The notes under the pieces were generated by a model that worked only from the letters and a program-made list of their open reading frames with translations, was not told where the DNA came from and searched no databases. Made by a program: the position numbers and the translations under genes. A stretch of DNA of 28,948 bases, taken from positions 1 through 28,948 of the forward strand of contig JASFYR010000007.1 in assembly GCA_045047115.1 (NCBI GenBank). Direction: 5' to 3'. Shown here one piece after another: positions 9,723-20,543 of the stretch (positions are counted from its first letter, which is position 1; the number at the start of each line of letters is the position of its first letter). Source of the DNA: Sulfurospirillum sp. (GTDB lineage Bacteria > Campylobacterota > Campylobacteria > Campylobacterales > Sulfurospirillaceae).

Positions 9723-10407
9723 TCCATACGCAAGTAGTATAAAAAAAGAACAGGATGAGTTGGTTATACAATACTTGCCTGCTGTGCGTGCTATGGCATA
9801 TAGATTGAGAGAGAGACTACCATCCTCCATAGATGTGGATGATTTGATTTCCATTGGTACTGAAGAGATGATAAAGCTCTCAAGAAGATATGATAAGTTG
9901 AAAAATGACTCATTTTGGGGGTATGGAAAAAAGAGAGTTTATGGTTCCATGCTTGATTATCTTCGCTCTTTGGATGTGATGAGCAGAGCAAACAGAAGGC
10001 TTGTTAAATTGGTTAACAAAGAGATAGAGAAGTATCTTGCGATTTACGAAGAAGAGCCAAGTGATGAGTATATTTGTGAAGTTACCGGTGAAGATATAGA
10101 AAAAATAAAAGAGGCAAGAGATGGTACGAAGATTATCTCCGTTATGCCAATCAATGAGCAAATAACGATATTTTCAGGTGAAAACACACCAGAACTTGTC
10201 GAAAAAGAGCAGTTGCTTGAGGTTGTCAAGGAGATTTTACTTAGTTTTCAACAGAGAGAACAGATGATAATACAACTCTACTATTTTGAAGAGTTGAACT
10301 TAAAAGAGATTAGCGAGATTTTAGATATAAGTGAATCAAGAATCTCTCAAATTCATAAAAAACTTTTAAGTAAAATAAGAAACCAACTAGGAAGTTATGA
10401 TGGCTGA
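9700..10407 (+). CDS. fliA: Flagellar sigma factor sigma-28
   Basis: RLPSSIDVDDLISIG, GSMLDYLRSLD, region 4 ELNLKEISEILDISESRISQIH; start uncertain (9688/9694/9700). Confidence 0.96.
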   Translation: MAIKRQHNPYASSIKKEQDELVIQYLPAVRAMAYRLRERLPSSIDVDDLISIGTEEMIKLSRRYDKLKNDSFWGYGKKRVYGSMLDYLRSLDVMSRANRRLVKLVNKEIEKYLAIYEEEPSDEYICEVTGEDIEKIKEARDGTKIISVMPINEQITIFSGENTPELVEKEQLLEVVKEILLSFQQREQMIIQLYYFEELNLKEISEILDISESRISQIHKKLLSKIRNQLGSYDG

Positions 10408-11443
10408 TATACTTAGTCAAGAAGAGATTGACGCTTTACTTGAAGTAGTAGATGAAGAGGCTGAGTCAAGTGAATCAGTGGCATCTGGCAATACCGAAGA
10501 GCGGCAAATAATTCTCTATGACTTTAAACGACCAAACAGGGTATCAAAAGAGCAACTCCGTGCTGTAAAAGGCATCCACGATAAGATGGCTAGAAACTTG
10601 GCTTCACAGGTCTCTTCTATCATGAGAAGTATAGTAGAGATACAGCTTCATTCAGTGGATCAGATGACTTATGGTGAATTTTTGATGTCTTTGCCTATTC
10701 CTACAAGTTTTAATGTTTTTTCTATAAAACCACTTGATGGAAGCTGTGTCATAGAGATAAATCCTTCTATTGCATTTCCTATGATAGACAGATTGTTGGG
10801 GGGCGTGGGAGAGTCGTTTGAGGCTACAAGAGAGTTGACTGATATAGAGTTAAATCTGCTAGATGCGATTTTGAGAATAGTTATGCAAAGATTGAAAGAA
10901 GCCTGGGCTCCTGTGACCGACATGTATCCTGTGGTTGAAGCAAAAGAGTCTAGTCCGAATGTTGTGCAAATTGTATCTCAAAACGAGATAGTCATAATGG
11001 TAGTTATGGAGATAATTATAGGAAATTCCAGTGGCATGATAAATATCTGTTATCCTGTCATACACCTTGAGCCGATACTCTCAAGACTTGCCAACAGAGA
11101 TATAATGCTGGGTGAAACAAGTGCAAAAAAGAGTAGAAACAAAGAGTTAAACGCTCTCATAGGCAGAGCAGAAGTCTTTTCCGAAGCAATTTTAGGTAAA
11201 ACAACACTAAGCGTCGGAGAGCTTTTGGATTTAACAAAAGGCGATATAGTAAGACTCGACAGACCTGCAGATGATCGTGCAATTGTTTCAATAGATAAAA
11301 AAGATCTGTTTATGGGTGAAATAGGCTTGCATAGATTTAGAAAGTCTGTTAAAATAGAAAAGCTTATAAAAAGTGATAAAGATGAGATAAAAAAAGCACT
11401 TGAGGATTTAGAAAACAGAAGAAGGCAAAAAGTATCGTCATGA
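10400..11443 (+). CDS. fliM: Flagellar motor switch protein FliM
   Basis: CheY-binding MADILSQEEIDALL, YDFKRPNRVSKEQLR, IDRLLGG, C-terminal SpoA domain. Confidence 0.98.
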   Translation: MADILSQEEIDALLEVVDEEAESSESVASGNTEERQIILYDFKRPNRVSKEQLRAVKGIHDKMARNLASQVSSIMRSIVEIQLHSVDQMTYGEFLMSLPIPTSFNVFSIKPLDGSCVIEINPSIAFPMIDRLLGGVGESFEATRELTDIELNLLDAILRIVMQRLKEAWAPVTDMYPVVEAKESSPNVVQIVSQNEIVIMVVMEIIIGNSSGMINICYPVIHLEPILSRLANRDIMLGETSAKKSRNKELNALIGRAEVFSEAILGKTTLSVGELLDLTKGDIVRLDRPADDRAIVSIDKKDLFMGEIGLHRFRKSVKIEKLIKSDKDEIKKALEDLENRRRQKVSS

Positions 11444-11485
11444 CCTCTCTTGCATACCATATCAAACTCTTGACAAATGAGAAAA

Positions 11486-11494
11486 TGGTATAAT
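11486..11494 (+). promoter_or_regulatory. Extended -10 (TGgTATAAT), candidate internal promoter for fliY-mnmA
   Basis: Consensus TGnTATAAT 32 nt upstream of fliY ATG. Confidence 0.6.
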
Positions 11495-11526
11495 GCATAA
11501 GGTCAGCTAATAAGAATGGGGTTAAA

Positions 11527-12387
11527 ATGGCAGAATTTGTAGAGTTATTAAAAAATGAGATAGTGTCAACCATAGAGGGTTTGACTGGGGTAGCACCTAA
11601 AGTAGACTTTCAGGGCGATATAAAAATTGATGATAAAACAACACTTACTCCCCCGCTTGCTATCTTACATGTAGAGATAGGCGGTGATATAGAGACCCAC
11701 GTAAGTATAAGTATATCCGCAAATGTAGCTACTGCAATCGGCGATATGATGCTTGGTGGCGAGGGAATAGAAAAAGAGGAGATGGATGCTGATGACTTGG
11801 ATGCAACAAAAGAGATAATTTCAAATATCCTAGGATCTTTGTCAACATCTTTAAGCGCACAAAAAGATATGCCAAAACTCAATTTTAGTGTCAAATCCAT
11901 AGAGTTTAAAGATGCAACATCCAATGTAACATTTAACGGCTACTCTCATCTAATAATATACAATGTAAGTATCCAGAGTAGTATGGATAATATATCTTTT
12001 GCATTAAATGATGATTTTTATAAAAAAATCAACGGTATCGATGATCCACAAGAGATTTTAAGCAGTGAAGAGGTGAATTATAAGCCGGAAAAATTGAAAC
12101 ATGAGACATCTTTAAACGGTGAAGATATAAAAAATATAGAGTTGATAAAAGATGTAACTTTGCCATTGAGAGTCAGAATAGGCTACAAAAAAATGCTTTT
12201 AAAAGATGTGCTTTCCATGGATATAGGTTCGGTTATAGAGCTAGATCAGCTTGCCAATGATCCTCTGGAGATTTTGGTAGGGGACAAGGTTATAGCCATC
12301 GGTGAGGTTGTTATAGTTGATGGAAACTTTGGCATCCAGATAAGTGATATCGGCACAAAAAGAGAAAGACTCGAAAAACTCAGATAA
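11527..12387 (+). CDS. fliY: Flagellar motor switch protein FliY
   Basis: [28 protein letters not shown] (CheC-like), FliN-like C-terminus [17 protein letters not shown]. Confidence 0.95.
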   Translation: MAEFVELLKNEIVSTIEGLTGVAPKVDFQGDIKIDDKTTLTPPLAILHVEIGGDIETHVSISISANVATAIGDMMLGGEGIEKEEMDADDLDATKEIISNILGSLSTSLSAQKDMPKLNFSVKSIEFKDATSNVTFNGYSHLIIYNVSIQSSMDNISFALNDDFYKKINGIDDPQEILSSEEVNYKPEKLKHETSLNGEDIKNIELIKDVTLPLRVRIGYKKMLLKDVLSMDIGSVIELDQLANDPLEILVGDKVIAIGEVVIVDGNFGIQISDIGTKRERLEKLR

Positions 12388-12421
12388 TATAATAATGAAA
12401 AAATCACAAAAAGAAGCAGTA

Positions 12422-13438
12422 ATGTCAAAAATATTGGTAGCCATGAGCGGTGGAGTTGATTCTACGGTAACAGCATATAAATTAAAAGAACTTGGGCATG
12501 AGGTAGAAGGTGTTTATATGAGGTTGCATATTGATGAAAAATCTCATATAGAAAATTTAAGAAGAATCGAAAAAGTGGCAAAATTTTTAGGTATAAAATA
12601 CCATGTTTTGGATATAAAAGACAGATTTGACGAGTTTGTATATATGCCTTTTGTGGAGCAGTATAAAAAAGGACTTACGCCAAATCCTTGTGCCTTATGC
12701 AATAGGAATATAAAATTTGGAGCACTTATAGAGTTCACCAAAGAGTTGGGGTTTGAAAAGTTGGCAACCGGTCACTATGTAAGACTTCAAAACGGTTTTA
12801 TTAAAGAGGCGGTTGATAAGAGTAAGGATCAGAGTTATTTTCTAGCAAATGTAAAAAAAGAAAACCTGGATTTTGTCATTTTTCCACTTGGAGAGATGTA
12901 TAAAACAGATGTAAAAAAGTTCGCATCCAATATAGAGATACTAAAAGAGTTCTCAACCCAAAAAGAGAGTAGCGAGATTTGCTTTGTAGATACGACATAT
13001 TTGGATGTTTTAAAACAGTATATAGACATAGATAAGCCGGGCAAGGTTTTAAATACAAAAGGTGAAGTAGTTGGTGAGCATAAAGGATATATGCACTATA
13101 CGATAGGAAAAAGAAGAGGTTTTAGCGTAAGAGGAGCTCTTACACCACACTATGTGACATCTACAAATCCGCAGACAAATGAAATTATTGTAGGCGACAA
13201 AGAGGACTTGAAAGTAAAAGAGTTTTTTGTCAAAGAGTTAAATATGTTTGAGGATTTGGAGAATTTTGAGTGCAGTGTCAAGATAAGATATAGAAGCCCG
13301 AAAAGCAAATGTAGAGTAATACTGGAAAATGATGGGGCGAAAGTAATTATTGATGATGTTGTCGAAGGCATAGCAGCTGGACAAATGGCAGCATTTTACA
13401 GAGATGACATAGTTGTTGGATGTGGTTGGATTGTATAA
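12422..13438 (+). CDS. mnmA: tRNA 2-thiouridine(34) synthase
   Basis: [48 protein letters not shown] 12422 avoids overlap with fliY. Confidence 0.97.
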   Translation: MSKILVAMSGGVDSTVTAYKLKELGHEVEGVYMRLHIDEKSHIENLRRIEKVAKFLGIKYHVLDIKDRFDEFVYMPFVEQYKKGLTPNPCALCNRNIKFGALIEFTKELGFEKLATGHYVRLQNGFIKEAVDKSKDQSYFLANVKKENLDFVIFPLGEMYKTDVKKFASNIEILKEFSTQKESSEICFVDTTYLDVLKQYIDIDKPGKVLNTKGEVVGEHKGYMHYTIGKRRGFSVRGALTPHYVTSTNPQTNEIIVGDKEDLKVKEFFVKELNMFEDLENFECSVKIRYRSPKSKCRVILENDGAKVIIDDVVEGIAAGQMAAFYRDDIVVGCGWIV

Positions 13439-13560
13439 TTATGAGAGATTAAATTTCTTGCAAACTATAAATTTTTTTAACAATAAAAACTCCTTTTGTA
13501 TTTAAATTTTTTATAGGAAAATAGTAGTAAAATATAGTCCTTAAAATTTGGAGTATGGAT

Positions 13561-15462
13561 ATGAAAATAGGGTTTAAAAATAAGATATATATTGCAGTCA
13601 GTTTTATGCTGATACTTAGTCTGCTTTCTAGTAATTTATTTAGTTATCTATCATCAAAAAATATAATCAAAAAAGATATTGAAACAAATCTCCAAAATTT
13701 GGCAAGTTCAAACTCAATGGCGATAAATATGTTTTTGTCTTTTAAGCAGGATGTTTTGAAAAATATGTCAAAAGACATAAAAAATCCTGACAATATTAGA
13801 GATAGCAAATTGATAAAAAAATTTAGAAATATTCAAAAAATTATGAAGGCAGATGATGTTTATGCAGGCTTTGAAGAGGATGGCAGATTTGTCAGCTCAT
13901 CACTTGCAAAAGTTCAAAATGGTTATGATCCAAGAAAACAGGCTTGGTATCAAGCAGTAAAGCAATCAAAAAGAGATATGATTTCAGATGTATATAAAAA
14001 TGAAACTACACATAATAAATCTTTTGCCTTTGTATCAAAAATGAAAAATAATGATAGTGATTTTATAGGTGTTTTAGCTTCGGTGTCGAATTTTAAAGAA
14101 CTTGATAAAATGCTAAAAGATATTAAAATAGAAGGCGGATACGCCTTTTTATTAAGTAGAAATTCCAAGTTGATATCTTATCCAAAAGCAAAATATATAG
14201 GAAAAAAGCTCTCTGAAATTAACAACTCTTTATCTAAACTTGAGAAAATAGTATCAAAAACAAATAAAGGTATATCAGAATACGAATATAATTCTAATGA
14301 AAATATAGTTGCCTTTGATACAATAAAAACTACAGGATGGAAGCTTGTTGTAGTAAAAAATAAAAAAGTTGCATATAAAGAGTTGAATGAGCAGTTGATA
14401 AAAAGCATAATTGTAACTATCTGTTTTACAATTATCGGAACTTTAATGATTATCTTCATGTTGGCAAGACTATTTATTCCAATAGAAAAGCTAAAAGAGA
14501 TGGTGAATGATTTAGCAACCAAGGATGCTAATTTGACTTCAAGAATTGAGACAAAAGGTGATGATATTTTAGCTCAAATTGGTAAAGGATTTAACCTTTT
14601 TATAGATAAAATTCAAAATCTTTTGATTGAGACCAAAAATGATAGCAATGAAAACTCTGCCATCTCTGAGGAATTGAGCACAACTGCATTGGAAGTTGGA
14701 AAAAGAGTAGATGAAGAGAGTATAACCATAAGTAAAATAAGTGAAAATGGAGAAAACTTACACTCAAAATTGAGTAATTCAGTAGATATTGCAAAGAAAG
14801 CAGGAGAATATCTAGAGCAATCTAATGGTGTACTTATGGATGTAAAAAAGGATATTAAAGCTCTACATGTAAAGCTTAATGAAACATCATCCAGAGATGT
14901 GGAATTAGCTGATAAATTAAACAAAACAAGTCAAAATACGGGTGAAATCAAAGAAGTTCTGGGTGTGATAAATGATATAGCAGACCAAACAAATCTTTTA
15001 GCACTAAATGCGGCCATAGAGGCAGCTCGCGCTGGAGAACATGGTAGAGGATTTGCTGTGGTGGCTGATGAGGTACGAAAACTAGCAGAAAAAACCCAAA
15101 AATCTCTAATAGAGATTAATTCTACGATAAATGTAGTAGTCCAATCTGTTCAAGAAGTCAGCCAAGAGATGGATAATTCATCAAAAGAGATTTTAGAAAT
15201 TTCATTAAATGGAGAGGCTTTAAATAAAAAAGTCGAAGAGACAGTAGAAAATATGCAAGAGACTACTTTGATCACAAAGCAGACTATCAGTGACTATCTT
15301 GGAGCTGCAGAAAGTTTGAAAAACATAGTAAATGATTTAAAGCATATAGATGAACTCTCAAGCACAAATGCAAGAAGTGTAGAGGAGCTTGCAAGCGCAA
15401 GCAAATATCTTAATACACTTACCGAGAAACTAAATTTCGAACTAAAAAGATACAATACTTAG
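13561..15462 (+). CDS. Methyl-accepting chemotaxis protein with periplasmic dCache sensor, HAMP and signalling domains
   Basis: Two TM segments, YDPRKQAWY Cache motif, [45 protein letters not shown] 7 nt before ATG 13561. Confidence 0.95.
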   Translation: MKIGFKNKIYIAVSFMLILSLLSSNLFSYLSSKNIIKKDIETNLQNLASSNSMAINMFLSFKQDVLKNMSKDIKNPDNIRDSKLIKKFRNIQKIMKADDVYAGFEEDGRFVSSSLAKVQNGYDPRKQAWYQAVKQSKRDMISDVYKNETTHNKSFAFVSKMKNNDSDFIGVLASVSNFKELDKMLKDIKIEGGYAFLLSRNSKLISYPKAKYIGKKLSEINNSLSKLEKIVSKTNKGISEYEYNSNENIVAFDTIKTTGWKLVVVKNKKVAYKELNEQLIKSIIVTICFTIIGTLMIIFMLARLFIPIEKLKEMVNDLATKDANLTSRIETKGDDILAQIGKGFNLFIDKIQNLLIETKNDSNENSAISEELSTTALEVGKRVDEESITISKISENGENLHSKLSNSVDIAKKAGEYLEQSNGVLMDVKKDIKALHVKLNETSSRDVELADKLNKTSQNTGEIKEVLGVINDIADQTNLLALNAAIEAARAGEHGRGFAVVADEVRKLAEKTQKSLIEINSTINVVVQSVQEVSQEMDNSSKEILEISLNGEALNKKVEETVENMQETTLITKQTISDYLGAAESLKNIVNDLKHIDELSSTNARSVEELASASKYLNTLTEKLNFELKRYNT

Positions 15463-15971
15463 AAATTACTTATAAGTCTTAACTTGCCTTGATTATTTTG
15501 ATATGTGGTACTGATATAATCTTGATAGAATTCTTCAAAATGACTTTTTGCTCCATTTAAGCAGAGTTTAAAATATTTGGGATTTGGAAAAATAGTACTG
15601 TTTTGTTTACCATTTTTACCTATGTAGATAAAGCAGTTTTTAACTATTTTATCATTTGAATAGTATCTTACATATCCATCCTCTAGGTTTAGTCTGTCAT
15701 AGCCAATTTCTCTTTCATTCAGTTCTTTAAGTGAATTTTCAGATATGTTTTTAATGAGTAGCGCATTAAACCAGGATAAACTATCTGCTTCTATATTTAA
15801 AACAGCTCTGTTTATAGAATCTACTTTTCTTATGGATGGTTCTTGATTAAAAACTCTTTTAAAGTTTTTTACCTTTACAAACTCCACCATATCCATGTTT
15901 ATGCTATGTTTTTTAAGCTCTTTTGGATGCAGTAGACTACCATATACTATTTGGTTATAACTATTTTGCAT
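15459..15971 (-). CDS. Gamma-glutamylcyclotransferase-like (GGCT/AIG2 fold) protein
   Basis: N-terminal [31 protein letters not shown]; 4-nt convergent stop overlap with the MCP. Confidence 0.7.
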   Translation of the reverse strand: MQNSYNQIVYGSLLHPKELKKHSINMDMVEFVKVKNFKRVFNQEPSIRKVDSINRAVLNIEADSLSWFNALLIKNISENSLKELNEREIGYDRLNLEDGYVRYYSNDKIVKNCFIYIGKNGKQNSTIFPNPKYFKLCLNGAKSHFEEFYQDYISTTYQNNQGKLRLISNF

Positions 15972-16255
15972 GGTTTAAAGATTTGATCCAGCTTGTGATA
16001 CTCTCCAATTCAGTATCTGTAAAGTATAAAAACTCAGGCATTATATTTTGAGTATTTGCCTTGAGATCCTCTTTTTATACTCTCTTTTATGCGTACTTTT
16101 TTGGCAGATTTTGCTATATCTACAAAGGCAGGTGCAGTCCGGCCTTTTTTTATGCCGTGACACTCCATGCAACCGTATTGATTGACAATATTTTCACCGG
16201 ACATTGCCAGTGAAAAATTGTATATTATGCTAATTAAAATTAATATCTTTTTCAT
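15961..16255 (-). pseudogene. Frameshifted monoheme class I cytochrome c
   Basis: Signal peptide MKKILILISII, CMECH, APAF; frame stops at 16034, but the missing C-terminus [26 protein letters not shown] (16041-15961) lies in the next frame; removing one base near 16046-16049 gives a 97-aa protein. Confidence 0.82.
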
Positions 16256-16392
16256 TGTTGTTTCCAAAAAAAATATTTTGGAATTATAATACAATTAACC
16301 AAAATATGTTTTTAAGTCCTTATTTAGTAAAATATCATCACTATAATATAGTGTACAAGGCCAACTAAAATCTTCCAAAGGAAAAATATATC

Positions 16393-17322
16393 ATGAGAGG
16401 CTATAAAGTCTTTTCGGGGACAGCTAACCCGGAGTTTTCAAAAAAAGTTGCTAAATACTTATCTCTACCGCTTTCACCAGCTGTAATCAAGAGATTTAGT
16501 GATGGCGAGATAAGTGTGCAGATAAGTGAAAGCGTCAGAGGAAAAGATGTTTTTATTATCCAGTCAACCTGTGCTCCTGCAAATGTCAATTTGATGGAGT
16601 TATTGATTTTAACTGATGCCCTCAAAAGAAGCTCGGCTAGCTCAATCACAGCTATCGTGCCATATTTTGGTTATGCCAGACAAGACAGAAAAGCAGCCCC
16701 GCGAGTGCCTATAACTGCAAAGTTGGTGGCAAATATGATTGAGACTGCCGGAGTTGACAGGGTCGTGACAATAGACCTGCATGCCGGTCAAATTCAAGGT
16801 TTTTTCGATATTCCTGTCGATAATCTGTATGGTTCTATCATCTTCCATGAGTATGTAAAAAACAAAAATCTTAAAAATCCCATCATCGCAAGCCCCGATA
16901 TAGGCGGAGTTGCAAGAGCGAGAAGCTTTGCAAAAAAATTAGGAACCGAGATGGTAATAGTTGACAAAAGAAGAGAAAAGGCAAACGAATCAGAGGTGAT
17001 GAATATCATAGGTGATGTTGAGGACAAAGATGTTATTTTGGTAGATGATATGATTGATACCGCCGGTACTATTGTAAAAGCAGCCAAAGTATTAAAAGCA
17101 AAAGGTGCGACAAGTGTGATGGCATGTTGTACTCATCCAGTTCTCAGTGGACCGGCTTATGAGCGTATAAAGAGCGGTGAACTAGACGAATTGATAGTTT
17201 CGGATACAATACCTCTAAAAGACAGTTGTGATAAAATAAAAGTTCTCTCTGTTGCTCCGACTTTTGCTGAAGTCATCAGAAGAGTCTATCATAATGAAAG
17301 TGTAAATGGATTGTTTATTTGA
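16393..17322 (+). CDS. prs: Ribose-phosphate pyrophosphokinase
   Basis: [40 protein letters not shown]. Confidence 0.99.
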   Translation: MRGYKVFSGTANPEFSKKVAKYLSLPLSPAVIKRFSDGEISVQISESVRGKDVFIIQSTCAPANVNLMELLILTDALKRSSASSITAIVPYFGYARQDRKAAPRVPITAKLVANMIETAGVDRVVTIDLHAGQIQGFFDIPVDNLYGSIIFHEYVKNKNLKNPIIASPDIGGVARARSFAKKLGTEMVIVDKRREKANESEVMNIIGDVEDKDVILVDDMIDTAGTIVKAAKVLKAKGATSVMACCTHPVLSGPAYERIKSGELDELIVSDTIPLKDSCDKIKVLSVAPTFAEVIRRVYHNESVNGLFI

Positions 17323-19121
17323 TGAATGACCAATCCAAGATAAGAAACTTCTCCATCATAGCACATATTGATCATGGCAAAAGTACACTAGCAGATCGCC
17401 TCATACAGGAGTGCGGTGCAGTCAGTGAAAGAGAGCTAGGGGCTCAAATGATGGATACTATGGATATAGAAAAAAAGAGAGGTATCACTATAAAAGCCCA
17501 AAGTGTCAGGCTTGATTATGTCAAAAACGGTGAGCACTACATACTTAATCTCATAGACACTCCTGGACACGTTGATTTTTCCTATGAAGTTTCAAGATCA
17601 TTAGCTTCTAGTGACGGAGCACTTTTGATAGTTGATGCTTCTCAGGGTGTTGAAGCCCAAACCATAGCAAATGTCTATATAGCTCTGGAAAATGACTTAG
17701 AACTCATACCCGTCATCAACAAGATTGACCTACCCGCATCCGATCCGGACAAGGTAAAAGAGGAGATAGAGCATACTATAGGGCTTGATTGCAGCGAGGC
17801 TCTTGAAGTTAGTGCAAAAAGCGGAATAGGTGTAAAAGAGCTCTTGGCTACTATCATAGAAAAAATCCCAGCTCCACAAGGTGATAAAAACGCTCCCACA
17901 AAAGCTATTATATATGACAGTTGGTTTGATAACTATCTAGGAGCCCTTGCGCTTGTGAGAGTCTATGACGGGGAGATATATAAAGGCCAAGAGATATACG
18001 TTATGGGTACGAAGAAAAAACATGAAGTTTTAAATCTTATGTATCCTCACCCTTTAGCTCTTATAAAGACCAACCATATAAAGACAGGTGAAGTGGGTAT
18101 CGTGGTTCTTGGTCTTAAAAATATAGGCGATGTTCAAGTCGGCGATACCATAACAGACAATAAAAATAAGACAGTTCATGCCATAGAGGGTTTGGAGGAG
18201 GTAAAATCCTTTGTTTTTGCGGGATTGTATCCGATAGAGACAGATAAATTTGAAGATTTAAGAGATGCACTGGATAAACTAAAGCTAAATGACTCAAGCA
18301 TCTCTTATGAACCGGAGACTTCAGTAGCACTTGGTTTTGGTTTTCGTGTAGGTTTTCTTGGGCTCTTGCATATGGAAGTTGTAAAAGAGAGACTGGAGAG
18401 AGAGTTTGGACTTGATCTTATAGCAACGGCTCCCACAGTAACATATAGAGTTATCAAAAGTGATGGTGAAGTTTTGGAGATACAAAATCCAAGCCAGTTA
18501 CCACCGGTAAACGAGATAGAGAAGATTACAGAGCCTTATGTAAAAGCCACTATACTGACACCGACCGAATTTTTGGGCAATGTGATAACTTTGCTAAATA
18601 CTAAAAGAGCTATACAGGAGAAGATGGACTATCTAAGTGTTGATAGAGTCCTTTTGGAGTATGCCATACCCATGAATGAGATTGTTATGGACTTTTATGA
18701 CAAACTAAAATCCGTCACAAAAGGGTATGCTAGTTTTGATTATGATCAGAGTGGTTATAAAGAGGGTGATCTTGTTAAGCTGGATGTTTTAGTAGCGGGC
18801 GAGGTTGTCGATGCCCTCTCAATCATAGTTCCAAAACAAAATGCTACAAGCAGGGGTAGAGAGTTTGTAAAAGCGATGAAAGAGATAGTGCCAAGACAAC
18901 TCTTTGAAGTGGCTATTCAAGCCAGCATCGGCAATAAGGTTATAGCCAGAGAGACCGTAAAGTCTATGGGTAAAAATGTGACTGCCAAATGTTACGGTGG
19001 CGATATAACAAGAAAAAGAAAACTCTTGGAAAAACAAAAAGCGGGTAAAAAAAGGATGAAATCCATTGGAAAAGTCCAGCTTCCTCAAGAGGCCTTTTTG
19101 ACTGTTCTGAAACTAGACTAA
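17322..19121 (+). CDS. lepA: Elongation factor 4 (LepA)
   Basis: [64 protein letters not shown]. Confidence 0.99.
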   Translation: MNDQSKIRNFSIIAHIDHGKSTLADRLIQECGAVSERELGAQMMDTMDIEKKRGITIKAQSVRLDYVKNGEHYILNLIDTPGHVDFSYEVSRSLASSDGALLIVDASQGVEAQTIANVYIALENDLELIPVINKIDLPASDPDKVKEEIEHTIGLDCSEALEVSAKSGIGVKELLATIIEKIPAPQGDKNAPTKAIIYDSWFDNYLGALALVRVYDGEIYKGQEIYVMGTKKKHEVLNLMYPHPLALIKTNHIKTGEVGIVVLGLKNIGDVQVGDTITDNKNKTVHAIEGLEEVKSFVFAGLYPIETDKFEDLRDALDKLKLNDSSISYEPETSVALGFGFRVGFLGLLHMEVVKERLEREFGLDLIATAPTVTYRVIKSDGEVLEIQNPSQLPPVNEIEKITEPYVKATILTPTEFLGNVITLLNTKRAIQEKMDYLSVDRVLLEYAIPMNEIVMDFYDKLKSVTKGYASFDYDQSGYKEGDLVKLDVLVAGEVVDALSIIVPKQNATSRGREFVKAMKEIVPRQLFEVAIQASIGNKVIARETVKSMGKNVTAKCYGGDITRKRKLLEKQKAGKKRMKSIGKVQLPQEAFLTVLKLD

Positions 19122-19122
19122 G

Positions 19123-19689
19123 ATGCGTTGCCAGCTCTGTTTAAATTTTAGTTGGCAACCAATTTGCAAAAATTGTCTAAAATTATTTTTGATTCCCACT
19201 TTACATAAAAGGGTACTCGAAGATGGTTTGGTGGTTTACTCTTTCTACGGATATAGTGAAATCTCAAAATTACTACATACAAAACACACCTATATGGGTG
19301 CTAAAATCTTTATGCAGCTAAGTCAATACGCTATTTTACCCTTTGTGGAGCAATTCAAAGACAAAAATATTTTTGCTCTGCCGATTGATGATCATGTGAG
19401 GAGTGGTTATTCGCACTCTGCTGTGCTGGCAAAAGGAATCAGCAGGCACATAAAACCATTATACAGATCACTAAGAGCAAAAAATAAGGTAAGATATTCA
19501 GGTCAAAAAAAGGCTCTAAGGCAGAGCCAAAAGAGAAACTTTAAGCTTGCATGTAGAGGCGGCATAAATGCTGTACTTATAGACGACATAGTAACAACAG
19601 GAAATACCCTGATGGAAGCTAAGAAAATATGCGAACAAGGAGATATAAACATACTCTTTGCCATAACCCTGGCAGATGCCCGAGAATAA
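19123..19689 (+). CDS. comF: ComF/CtsW-family phosphoribosyltransferase (natural transformation)
   Basis: N-terminal CxxC..CxxC zinc finger, GYSHSAVLA, PRT loop LIDDIVTTGNTL; located between lepA and gyrA. Confidence 0.88.
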   Translation: MRCQLCLNFSWQPICKNCLKLFLIPTLHKRVLEDGLVVYSFYGYSEISKLLHTKHTYMGAKIFMQLSQYAILPFVEQFKDKNIFALPIDDHVRSGYSHSAVLAKGISRHIKPLYRSLRAKNKVRYSGQKKALRQSQKRNFKLACRGGINAVLIDDIVTTGNTLMEAKKICEQGDINILFAITLADARE

Positions 19690-19719
19690 AAAAGAAAAAA
19701 GAAGAAAAAAAGAAAAAAG
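19688..19719 (+). repeat. Purine-only tract of A6G-type units abutting the left TIR
   Basis: AAAAAAG AAAAAAG AAG AAAAAAAG AAAAAAG; the last G is the first base of the TIR. Confidence 0.85.
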
Positions 19720-19746
19720 GGGTCAGGGTTAAACTTTAAACTTTTT
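19719..19746 (+). repeat. Left terminal inverted repeat
   Basis: GGGGTCAGGGTTAAACTTTAAACTTTTT, exact reverse complement of 20526-20553. Confidence 0.97.
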
Positions 19747-19747
19747 A

Positions 19748-19756
19748 TGTTAAAAT
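19748..19756 (+). promoter_or_regulatory. Extended -10 (TGtTAAAAT) for the transposase, abutting the left TIR
   Basis: TGTTAAAAT 22 nt upstream of ATG 19779; AGAGGT RBS at 19768-19773. Confidence 0.65.
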
Positions 19757-19778
19757 GTATAAAAAACAGAGGTATATT

Positions 19779-20543
19779 ATGTCAAGAAGAGCCAGAGTAT
19801 CTATTTGTGGTTATCATCATGTTTATAATCGTGGTGTTGCAAGAAACAAGATCTTTCTCAATGATTCTGATAAAGAGAAGTTTTTAGAGTTGTTGGCTGA
19901 AGTTTCAAGAGAATATAAGTTTAATATTCACTCATTTTGCCTGATGAACAACCACTACCATCTTCTAATAGAAAATAAAAAAGAGAATTTATCTGATGGT
20001 ATGAGGCAGTTAAATGCAAAATATGCCACCTATTTTAATCATAAGTACAAAAGAATCGGTCATCTTTGGCAAGATAGATTTAAGTCTTGGTATATTGCAA
20101 ATGAGGACTATCTCTTCATCCTTTTTAAATACATAGAAGCAAATCCCATTAAAGCAAACTTAGCAAAAAGAGTGGGTGAATATAGATACAGTGCAACTTA
20201 TAGCATTCTTAAAGACGGTGTTCCCTCTTTTTTGCGAAATTCATTTGTATTGCGTGATTATCATACTCAAGAACTTTTTGAAGCACTCAATATACCTTTA
20301 GGAAAGCAAGAGATAGAGAGTCTTGAAAAACTAAAAAAAATCAAATATAAATCAGATGATAAAAAAATAGTAAGAGAGCGAGTAAGTATGGATGATATAT
20401 TTATAGGTATAGATGACAGGCAAGAGAGAAACAGAGCAATACAGAAAGCCTATGAAGAAGACTATACAAAAAGTGAAATTGCAAGAAAACTCAATCTAAG
20501 TGCCACTGCGATAGGAAAAATCATAAAAAAGTTTAAAGTTTAA
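19779..20543 (+). CDS. RAYT-like Y1 HUH transposase with C-terminal helix-turn-helix (254 aa)
   Basis: YHHVYNRG, HUH motif LMNNHYHLL, GHLWQDRFKS, catalytic Tyr in YIEANP, YRYSA, C-terminal YTKSEIARKLNLSATAIGKIIKK. Confidence 0.92.
   Translation: MSRRARVSICGYHHVYNRGVARNKIFLNDSDKEKFLELLAEVSREYKFNIHSFCLMNNHYHLLIENKKENLSDGMRQLNAKYATYFNHKYKRIGHLWQDRFKSWYIANEDYLFILFKYIEANPIKANLAKRVGEYRYSATYSILKDGVPSFLRNSFVLRDYHTQELFEALNIPLGKQEIESLEKLKKIKYKSDDKKIVRERVSMDDIFIGIDDRQERNRAIQKAYEEDYTKSEIARKLNLSATAIGKIIKKFKV

Noticed and set aside
11470..11494. TTGACA/TATAAT as a canonical -35/-10 pair
   Set aside because: Spacer is 13 nt rather than about 17; only the extended -10 is retained.
11441..11500. Selenocysteine read-through of the fliM TGA (hairpin follows the stop)
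   Set aside because: Read-through meets another TGA at 11471 and TAA at 11498, the peptide is not FliM-like, and FliM is not a known selenoprotein.
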